This document shows, piece by piece, positions 53,363-64,000 of a stretch of 64,000 bases of DNA. The notes below the pieces were generated by a model. That model was given only the letters and a program-made list of their open reading frames with translations, was not told where the DNA came from and searched no databases. The translations under genes were made by a program, and so were the position numbers. Origin of the DNA: Veleropilina oligotropha (taxonomy: Eukaryota); assembly GCA_048128005.1 (NCBI GenBank), contig JBEUKZ010000036.1:310001-374000 (forward strand). The letters are read 5' to 3'. Every line of letters starts with the position of its first letter. Position 1 is the stretch's first letter.

Positions 53363-56040
53363 CCTTGGTCTTCCACTGCGTCGAGAACCCTCCACCTTTC
53401 CGTGCGAGCCATAGTTTCTGGTAATGTGACCAAACCATTTAATTGCAGCTTCCACCATCTTGTTGCCTCCAATAATGGCTCGTATTCTCCTATCAGATTC
53501 ATTGTGTGCAAATTTCAATCCGAGTTCAAGACATTTTTTACGCACACTACATATACAGTATGTTAACTTATTACTGGATAGATCTCGGTGCCCTAAATTA
53601 TTTATTTAATATTTAATGATGCTTGTCATAGTATGTATCCATATCAGTCAGCGGGAGAGATTATGAGCGAAATAGACCAATCTCACGGATAACTTGAATG
53701 TTCGTGAATATTGCTTTTATCATCTGTTTTATTTGTCATTTTTGTATATCAGTGCTTGACAAGTTTTTTATTCTTTTCCATATGTGCATGTCTGACATGT
53801 CTCTATTGTATACTATGTAATCATTACTGATGCATTGCAGCTGTATACCGCTGACTTGATATTTTGATTTGCTTCACGCGAGTGGGTTAAGAATCCCCGG
53901 CACAGCTAGCTCTTTATGAAGCTAACAGTTTGAATAATATGAACATGTCTCAACATGACAATAGATGTTACGTTGAGGAGAATGTCAGAGCAATTCTCCA
54001 TTCTTTAAAAAGAATGGAGACGAGGCACCGGAGGCACATTCTTTTTAAAGAATTGGAGAGTTTCTAACACATTCCGCAACTTAAAACACAGCCAAAAACC
54101 CATTATGCGCCCTTTCACGATACAATAGGTTGTCAACAATGATAAGAAGCATAATTGGTTCCGTGTCAATTGCGCCTTCACGGATAATTCATGTAAAATC
54201 TGATCCGAAATGAACGATTCGCATGTGTTGTGCAATCACAGCGGTCATTTGACCACTAATATTGCAGCTATCAGCTGTACCTTATATAATTATTTACATA
54301 TTTTTAGCACGTTTAATCAGTTGAAGCACAGACAGCATTGCGTTCGGATGTGAAACTGTCGCTTATGGATTCACTATTAGGACTTCGAACAGGAGTTTAA
54401 AAGCGATACGCAGGATTTTTAAATGTGTGAATTAAGTTATTGCAACAGTCCAATCGAAGATAGGCCTATCAATTATGCGTTAACGAAATTTATCAAAGAT
54501 GTCATTTCAGCTGGATTTTAACAATCTGGATTTACTTTACGGAATAGTATTTCACCCTCTGTTCGCAACAACAAGTGTTTACGACGATGCAAAGGAAATA
54601 TAAAAAGTAAATGTGCTTTATCATAGTGAATGTTAGAGATGTCATTTCAGTTGGATTTCAACAATCTAGATTTACTTGACGTAATAGTATTTCACCCTCG
54701 GTTTGCAAGTGTATCCAACGATACTATTACTACGAAATCTATAAAATGTGTGTTAATGTAACAAATGTTTTACAGGGACGTGACCATCATTTCATTTCAG
54801 TTGGATTTAAACATTCTGGATTTACTGCACAGAATTGATATCTAGGAGTGGGTTGCATCGCGGCAGCGCTGGATAGTGATTACGTAACCTCTGTCCAGCG
54901 CTGTCGCCATACAACCCGCCCCAGATTTCACACCCTATTGTTCACTTAACAAAGGAGAACTATTCAATATAACGCTCCATTCATGAAAAAGAATGGAGCG
55001 TTTAAACAAAGAAAAACATGGTGGCTGTGTTTTAACATATATAAACACCCCCAAAAACTTAGTTAATCATAAAACTTAATGTGAAATACCTGTGGATATT
55101 CTTGGCATTTAATACTTATATTCAAAGTTCATGCGTTCAGTGACTGTGAAGTCGAGTTCCTTATCTCTGAAATTGTTTATAGATATAATATACTGTACCA
55201 ATCAAGTTTAAATTTAAGTAACTTTAAAAATTTGATATCTATTAGCTGCATCCTGGGATCGAGATACATGACATGTCCGTAACAATTTTAATTGGTTAAT
55301 TTTAACTTCTTCAAGTGAAGAGAGATCCGCCGGTGATGATGTAAGGGAGCCTCTATCACCAATTCTAATATAAAGAAAGTGACTGTCGCACATTTGCATA
55401 AATTATACATGCAGTATTTTGACAGCAAAGATATGTTTTCATTGGTACTTTCTGATAGAAATATATATATATATACTTCCTGAAGTGAACCCGAAATATT
55501 AAAAAAAACTCAAATATGTCAACTAACCACGAAACTTGACTAGTTTTCATAGAGTGTGTGTCACACAGTTTATGTGCATTACCGCTTTATGTGTATTGAT
55601 AATCGTTCCCGAATCGTGTCATTGTGGTAGAGTAAATTATGAAAACATGTGGAATATCGATGGTGCAGTTTTAAGATATTCCATTCTATCATTAATTTGA
55701 TTATTTAATCAAATGTTGCAATTTCAATGCAAATTTTATTCTTCTAATGTTGTTGTTTTCTTAATATATACAATATTATATTTACACTATAAATACGCAC
55801 AAATGTTTTCGTAGTATACTTTAGTTTTGCACCTATATTTAAATAAATGGTTTTACCAAGGTGACTTTGTTGAGATTATTTTTGCAAAGTGATTATTTGA
55901 ATCAAATCTAATCTACCACATCCTATCTCTGAGTTGATTATCTCATATCTGCAGTTGTGTGCCATGCAAATTTTTCTCTACAAATGAAATTATAATACCT
56001 GTATATCATACATATTCATCTCATAATGTTACAGCCATAT

Positions 56041-59000
56041 TAGGCCGTGTGCCCGACCAGTGAAAAGGGGCTAGAAAATGAAATCTGTGGCAGGTATCTC
56101 GCAACTGTCAATTTTTTTTATATATTATACTCGAGATCATGCAGAATTCGAAAATGATTGTTTTGATATCAGCAAACGGTCAGATCTCTATGAAAAGACC
56201 CGTTAAAGTTGACATGATATTGGTAAAAGAAACCTGCATTTTGGGCCTTGAAACCATTTTGGCATTCATTTTTCATGGAAGTAAAGCTGGTAGAATCATT
56301 TCTCATTTCAGTTAACAGCACAATATGGACTGCAGAATCCTGAAGTTACACATCTGTGTGGATTTATTAAATTATAAATGTCAGGTGGGGGGAGGGGGGT
56401 GAAGGGCTGTGTGTGAGGCATGAATTGAGGTAAAAATTGACATGCATGACAATTTTTATTGTTTTTGCAAAGACGTTTTCTATTCGTAAACACACAAGAT
56501 ATTTAACTGATTTTGGCCCGCCTGATAGGCACGGCTATAGTCGTGGTCTGGCGTCCATCGGCGTTGAGTTATTTAACTGTTTTTTGGCCCGCCTGATAGG
56601 CAGGGCTCGATCTAGTAGACTGGCGTCAGCTGATCGCTTTCTGTCACATAGAAAACAAACTGCTAGACCTACGCGTTTCATATTTGGTATACACCTTGTA
56701 TATCATCAGACCGTGCCTAAGTTCAAAGAAGGGGTCACTGGTTCAAAGGTCAAGGTCGTTTTCGTGTATGTCCAATCTGGACTTGAAAAATTATTTCTGT
56801 CAAATAGAAGACAAACCACTGAACCTACGCTTTTTATTTGGTATACCATCAGGCCTTGCCTAAGTTCAAAGATGGGGTCACTGGGCCAAAAGTCAAGGTC
56901 ATTTTCATGTATTTCCGTTCTGAACTTGCAAGATTCCTTCCTGGTACATAGAAGACGAACTGCTAGACCTACAGCTTTCATATTTGGTATGCACCTTACC
57001 ATATGGCCTTGCCCAAGTTCAAGATGGGGTCACTGGGTCAAAGGTCATACGAACTATTGCAAAATATATAGGCAGTTACTATGATGAAATTTATTATAAA
57101 GTTATTGATTATTTGATCTCTATGGATGTATTATATTCAAAAGGCGGGCCAGTATGAGGAACATACCTCTAGTTTTACTGAAAGACTACATGGAAAAATG
57201 ACAACATACATGAAAAATATTCGGTAGAAACAAAGTACAAAATTGTAACATCATAAGTATGAATTCTTAATGATTTTTATATAATGGATACTATAAACTG
57301 GTTAGATTTTATTTGAATCAGAGTTTTTAGGACTTCTTTCACAGTATTTCAGAGGTATCGCAGTCTGAACCCCCGTTTTAACGTTTCTATCTGATCAGAC
57401 GGAGCAATTGTGGCTAAAAAACTGGTTTTAATAAGAATTATAATATATTATAACAAACTGGATATAAATTAAGATATAATAATAAACTATTTTTCGTCCC
57501 GAAACTACACATTTAATCATCATATTCATCAGCGTCGAACAAAATGGAATTTTCTGGTGCCAGAGTTTCCTATTGCCACAGTTTTTACAAGCACATATCT
57601 CGGAACATGAAAGCTGCGCTGCACGACAGGAGCATTTCTTTGTGTCACATGGCTTCTTTTGACGAGACTCCTGGAGGAATGAGACCACCCTGAGTTGTAG
57701 CTGTGCCCAAGGCTGTTTCAATAGACAGAATTGTAGACCTAGAAGCGCAGTGTCCTAGATGGAGATTAATGAGATTAGATAGAGTTAAATGTCTAACAGT
57801 CAAACCGAGTGATAGAGCCTTAGGTGTAGTTTTAGCGCCATTAGACTGTAAATAAACAACATCTTGTAATAATGAAATCATTTGGAGATGAAGAGGTTTT
57901 GGTAAGTCAACAAATTTTTCAATTGTTGGCTCGTCACTTACACCAATTGTCCACGTTAATAAATTGTAAAGAGGGATGGAAATTAGTGATTCTGCGGCAG
58001 ATTGAGTCAAATCACTATCAGTCGGAGGCCAGCGTATATTCAGTGTTCCTTAGTTCATGGCGGAGGGTCATCCCTGCTGTGTACAGATTATGGAGATTGT
58101 TTGAAATACATATCTTCACCGGTGAAAGACCTTCACTCGATGTTAAATCACTTTCACTTTCAGAACGTCATTGGCAATTTCTCCAGGAGCAATCCATGGT
58201 CAGTGGTCTGAACATACACTCTCGATTCTTCTTGACGACCAGTGGAAAGACAATTGGGGATACCGCCTTTGAAGTCGTTCTTTGATTCCAGAAGTCCTGA
58301 AAATGAAATTGACACATTTTAGTCCTAGTTCATCTTCTGTTGAAATCATGATCAGTCATTCTCGATTGGATTGGATTCAGTTTATTGTCACGTATTAAAC
58401 ACATGTACAAGGTCAAATGAGACGTGTCCATATTATCGTGAGAGGAAAGCTGGGAAACTCACCCCGCCTCCACCGGTTATACACAACCATGACGGTTACT
58501 CCAAAGTAGCCTTCGGCTGGGGATACGAACCCACACTAGAAGCAGTGCAGTCAGCGAGGTAATTTGGCGCAGCGCTCTATCCACTAGACGACAGAGGCAG
58601 CCTCGCTCATTCTGCATCCATTTCCATTAAATGATGAAGATAATATTATCTTGTGAGATGAGGGGTGAAGAGAATCAACCAATGAAATGAAATAATAATC
58701 AGATGAAGAGATGAAATCAACAGGTGAGTATTTTTAGGCCATATTTGGACACCCTGCGACCCACATATTTATGTGTCAAGAAATACCGGATATTCAATGA
58801 ACGGTGAAACCCACCCGCCTCTGTCGGTTATGGGGCACTGTGACTGTTAACTTCAAAGTTGTCTTTGAGTGGACACGAGCCCACACTCGAAGCTGCACAG
58901 TCAGTGAGTGAATTTGGAGCAATGCTTAAAACCACTTCGCCACGGAGGTGGCCAATGATATCAACAGATCATTTCACTTTGTGGTATGGTAATGAATTAG

Positions 59001-61203
59001 CATTATGGTGGAGTCACCTCAATGATGATGGTGTGGAGCTTGTGGTGGATTAGCATTATGGTGGAGTCACCTCAATGATGATGAAGGTGTGGAGCTTGTG
59101 GTGGATCGAATTATTTCTCCATACTTTTCCCGCAACTTGGTGAGTCGGTAGACCTTGTGATTATTGATTATTTTATCTTCGATCACTTGTTGGCAAAAAT
59201 ATTCAAATGCAGGGTCCCCTAAAGCATCATCAGAGGCACAGAAGTGTATGAAAGGAGTTAAGAACTTTGTTTTATGGCCCCTTTGGCAATTTTTCAGCCT
59301 TAACGTGGCCGGGACACCCAGTTTAAGGTCTCTCTCCGATCGGACCAACATATATTATTTAGGGATATGCCATCTATTAGTTTTAAGCCTTGGAATAAGC
59401 CAGGCCGGAGCGGGCTTTACCCACATCCTACAGTCCCACATAATGTTTTTCTGATGCTCTAACCAGCTTAGCCATCGAGGACGTTGTGTATGAAAGGAAA
59501 TAAGCTTTAAGTTTTAACAAAACATTTGAAATATGATGTTTTTTTATGTAAACAATGTTACATGAACTTCGGTATTTTGATAATATGACTGATTAGATTT
59601 GCTAGCAGAATAACTTGGTGATGATCAGGTAATTTGTTGATAAAAAGCAATAACAAACAAGCTTACAGACTCTGTCAAGTAGTCTGGACATGATCATGGT
59701 TGGGTCAGGTTATTTTGGTTTCAATTAGAGTGGTGTCGACTGTATATAAGAGGGTGGGTTGGGGTCCACTGTATATAATTTTTTTGTAACAATTGAGAAG
59801 GAAACAGACTATGTATTACTGATAATTCTAATCATTCCTTGGATGTTGCTGCTCTAAGAAATCTGGTATATTCTAAATAGCATGACCTATGGTATTTGGT
59901 CTCTATAGCCACACATAACAGTCTCCGCCACGTATATGCCACAAAATCCTCTCATCAGATTTGGATTCTGCTGCAGTTCTACGTTTGCCTGAAATAATAT
60001 TATTCAGTGTTGTAAATGCATGACGTCTACTGGCATTAAAAGATTGATGTACAAACATCAGATTAACAATCAATCTGATTAAAAACATCTAAATAACACA
60101 AATAGTTAACGATTAATATGATTGCACAAATTCAATGATATTAAATAATTTAGCGATTATCTGTGCACAGAAATAACCCGCCATATCAGGGTTCACCATG
60201 GGTTCACTAAATCACTAATCAGGGTTCACTAATTCAGCGTTGTGGGGCCTGCGGCCCTAAGTGGAGGGGCTTCGCCCCTCATATTAATTGACAATTTTTT
60301 GCTTTATTTTGCGGTAACTACAAATTGCATAAAATTTGCAAAATTTATATTTTCGCCTAAAATTAAAAATTAAAAATGTTTTTTTGGGTACCCTTAGTTG
60401 ACATGCAAACTTTGGTGAAGATCGGCCCAGTGGTTACGGAGGAAATAGCGGACAGACAGACTCTACTCTTTTATATATAGATATACCGTACGTTATAAAT
60501 ATTACAGTTGTCCATTATCTAATCTGATATTGTCTAAGGATTAAATATTAGAAATAATTTTGTTTTATCTTTACCCTATGCTATCTAGGATATTTTTCAT
60601 TGTATAATTCACATAATCATTGAGGTATGGGTATTAATATTCAAAGTATGTGTATACACTATTAGATATAATCTTAGAATGTGTTTGTAAAATAAAAATG
60701 GTCAGATAAACTTTGCATTGCTAGTTATTAATTGTTTATGGCATGAACGAGCCAAAAGCGTAATATGCCGAAGCGACTCAGGGCCGAAGGGGAAACGGGA
60801 CGAACAACCAGGAACCAGAGAAAACAATGTTAATAAGACTTACCTGCATCACAAACTTTCGCCCATCTTCTGGCACAGGCTGTTGCCCCCTCAGCTGACT
60901 TCGGTAAACTGGCTCAACTATTTGTAGGTTTCTTGCGGACATGAATAAAATATACTTTTAAGACTTAGACTTCAGACTGGGGGCCGTCATCTTGTTTCAG
61001 CACGGACAGCACGAAATGGCGTTTTCATTGGTCGAAAAGTATGAACGACTCCTGAACTCTGATTTCGACTTGATCTGCATCACTGGCGGAATCAAAACAG
61101 GGCGATTCGAGATTATTTTTATCTATATTTTCGTCACAAGTTCACCCAATTGCACGTTTCCTGCCACAGAATGAAACGCTAGGAGCCAATGGCTCACGGC
61201 CTC
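56041..61203 (-). mobile_element. Internally deleted Academ-like transposon, copy 2
   Basis: TAT|TAGGCCGTGTGCC ... GGCTCACGGCCTC|TAT; same coding remnants as copy 1. Confidence 0.65.
60235..60482 (-). mobile_element. 5' fragment of another non-autonomous Helitron-like element, only in copy 2
   Basis: Minus strand begins TCTATATATAAAAG followed by (TCTG)n, as in non-autonomous Helitron heads; no CTAG end seen. Confidence 0.5.
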
Positions 61204-61405
61204 TATCTAGTGGACACCACTTGTAATCTTGGGTTTGCGCCAAAGAAGAAAGTGCATATTGTTTCTGAACGGCGTCTGGCATCAACAATTTGGTTCAAGT
61301 TTTTCGTTAAGTGTATATGGGTTATCCAAGGAACTTTTTAGTGTATGTATGCCTTGTTATTGGTTATATATGGATATCATCTGATACTCTGGCAATGATA
61401 TTTAA

Positions 61406-61611
61406 TCTTAATATAATGGAGCTATAATTGTATGTGTGTGTGTGTGTGTGTTTCAAGTTGAACTCCTCCCAGACGCCTTGACCTAGGACCTTCAAACTTT
61501 GGGGGGTTAATCGGGGTCCCCCAAGGAAGGTTTACCACGAAAAAAATTCGGAAAATTCGGGAAAAAAAAAAATTATTTAAGGGAGCACTATCCAAAAAAA
61601 AAAAAAGCTAG
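61406..61611 (+). mobile_element. Short non-autonomous Helitron (family of 11957-13566) lacking the 3' hairpin
   Basis: A|TCTTAATATAATGGAGC ... GCTAG|T; absent from copy 1. Confidence 0.8.
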
Positions 61612-62302
61612 TATAATTAATGATAATATGATGGTCTTTATGGTCATAGAAATTTGGGTGAATTTGAGGTTTTTTGTGTCCGCTCTACAGTTAAAAGTCC
61701 TAATCCGATTCGAGTCAAATTCGGTATGCACGTTAGTTTTGATGAGGACACGCTACCTAACAATTTTCGTCGTTTTCGGATTCAGGATGGCCGCCGTGGT
61801 GACCATTTTGTTTTGAAGATACTTGTTATGTCAGCTCCATTATAGTGAAAAGTTCTCAAATCCAATTTCATTCAAATTCGGTTTGAACGTTAGTTACGAG
61901 GAGGACACGCCGCCTAACGATTTTCGTTGTTTTCGGATTCAAGATTGCAGCAGTGGTGGCCATTTTGTTTTGAAGAAATTTCTTGTGTGCGCACTACAGT
62001 GAGGAGTTCTATTCAGATTTCATTCAAATTCGATAAGCATGTTCGTTATGACGAGGACACTCTGCCTAACGATTTTCGTCATTTTCGGATTAAAGATGGC
62101 CGCCGTGGTGGCCATTTTGTTTTGAAGAGATTTCCTTTTTGTGCTCTACAGGGAATAGTTCTTATCCGATTTCATTCACATTAGATATACACTATTGGTA
62201 TGATGAGGACACTACGCCTATCGATTTTCACCATTTTCGGATTAAAGATCATCATCATGCTACCCTGGCAGCAATTTTGTTTGAATAGATTTCTTGTTTT
62301 TA

Positions 62303-62509
62303 CTAGCTATTGGTACCCGTCTTCGCCGGGCAAGTCCCCCCACCCCATTTTTTTTTTTTTTTTTTTGGATAGTGCTCCCTTAAATATTTTTTTTTTTTTC
62401 CCGAATTTTCCGAATTTTTTTCGTGGTAAACCTTCCTTGGGGGACCCCGATTAACCCCCCAAAGTTTGAAGGTCCTAGGTCAAAGCGTCTGGGAGGAGTT
62501 CAACTTGAA

Positions 62510-62556
<47 letters not shown>

Positions 62557-62595
62557 CACACACACACATACAATTATAGCTCCATTATATTAAGA
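62303..62595 (-). mobile_element. Non-autonomous Helitron (family of 11957-13566)
   Basis: CTAG end, hairpin, (GACA)n(CA)n, TC start; empty site at ~42812 in copy 1. Confidence 0.85.
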
Positions 62596-63415
62596 TATAT
62601 TAAGATTACTACATGGGTTTGTTGTGGAATCTGTTGGTAAATCTGTGTTTAGATATAGTCCTGAAAATTAATATACAGAAAAGGAATATATATATATATA
62701 TGTAACATGGATATATTTTCATGTTTTGTAAGTTTTATATATTTATTTTCATTGTATTAAAATAAACCAATCTACTGCGTTTTGTGTGAATGGAATTTAC
62801 TTGCCGCTTTTAGATATTACGTAACGTTCGACCGTTTGTGTATTTCCGTTTTGTCGGAATACTCGCGAGAAATTAGTGTCCGTGACGTAGCGCGGTTAAA
62901 TGCGATTCTTCGTGCAGTTCCATCTCGGTCGCTGTTCGGAGAGGTTCTCTTAAAAACATTTAGCCCTGCTGCGAGTAAGTTTTACCTAATATCGCTGATT
63001 GCTATATTTATATGTTCGTATTATTATATGAAGATTTGGTAATATGCTCTTTGGTATTTTTATTTATTTAAATGTTTGCTTTGTGTATTTGACAGCAGGG
63101 TGTTGGTGTTCGTCTTCTATGAGATTAAAGATTGTCATCGTACCTTGGTGTTCTCTGTAGTGTAACCCCCGAACGTGCGAAACCCCAACCAAGACAATCA
63201 CAGTGTTACATATATTATCTGGATACCATCGATAAACAGTTTCAATCGGTTTGATCCAAAGTATCGTATCCAAATATTCAATCTTCATTTTCATCACCAG
63301 TAACCACATAGCGCCTACTTGGAAAATCACAAGACCTGATGCAGTCAAAATCATGTTTTTGCAGCTAAACTTTAATTAGTGTCGCATCCTGTAGTAACGT
63401 TACATTGGATTATAA

Positions 63416-63560
63416 GGCCGCCCCGGTAGTCATGTGGTATCGAGTGCAGACTCTCAAATCACTGACTCGATTACGCTAAATTCTGGAGTGGGTTCGAATA
63501 ATGACTTTGTTCAATTATCAAATTGAATCACAGTTATCTGGATCGCCAGCTCTAAAGCAG
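63416..63560 (+). mobile_element. Possible degenerate SINE head
   Basis: GGCCGCCCCGGTAGTCATGTGG (A-box-like) and GGGTTCGAA (B-box-like). Confidence 0.4.
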
Positions 63561-64000
63561 GAGATAGCTATCAGTCCTACATGATTACATAATAACTTTG
63601 AAAGAAACAACCTTGGCATTTTATTGTGGATTAAAATAACTAAAAATTATTCAAAATGACCCTGAAGTGGAAACAAGAAAATCTCACAAATTGGCGGTAA
63701 TTTTGAAATCATGTGACAGTGAAACATGCGCTTTCATTGATCACTATTAAGAATATATATCGCGTTTGCCATGCTACTGACATGTCCTATATCGTGCATT
63801 GCAACTGATGGAATATTTAGCTGTATTCAGGCAGTGGGATAAGTAGCATTCTGTGGGCAATAATGATACAAGGATATATTACATGTCCCAATATATCTGA
63901 ATATGACGTTTTCTGGATATTTTACAAATGTCCTATATAGCGTTTTGCATCTATTATTTTCATGTGTACTGTACATTAATATTATAGAGCGAAAATCGGT

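Larger units (their letters stand above)
45520..63288 (+). repeat. Segmental duplication, copy 2 (~17.8 kb)
   Basis: Colinear with 26466-43499; differs by indels and element insertions. Confidence 0.95.

Overview
AT-rich metazoan DNA, probably from an invertebrate (mollusc-like repeat repertoire), made up almost entirely of nested transposable elements and tandem repeats. I see no prokaryotic features, CRISPR array, rRNA or true tRNA, and no confidently identifiable host gene; there are only two weak candidate exons. Left third: one decayed CR1/L2-group LINE on the minus strand (about 22553 to 3059). Its ORF1 has an SGNH esterase domain plus two CCHC knuckles, and its ORF2 has an APE endonuclease and RT. 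Later insertions have broken it into at least seven pieces: a Ngaro/PAT-type YR-class retrotransposon with split direct repeats (intact gag, dead pol, no recombinase), several Helentron-type non-autonomous elements (HINE/DINE-1-like) carrying internal satellites, a Helitron with a 1.4-kb microsatellite, a TTAA-site Kolobok-like MITE, a Crypton-like hairpin element, a SINE and a MITE next to a small inversion. Right two-thirds: an ~17-kb tandem segmental duplication (26466-43499 and 45520-63288) separated by the 5' part of a DIRS-like element. Each copy carries a ~100-bp satellite derived from the 3' end of an RTE LINE, an internally deleted Academ-like transposon, SINEs and copy-specific insertions (Tc1, Helitrons). 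Coordinates were read by eye and may be off by a few bases.
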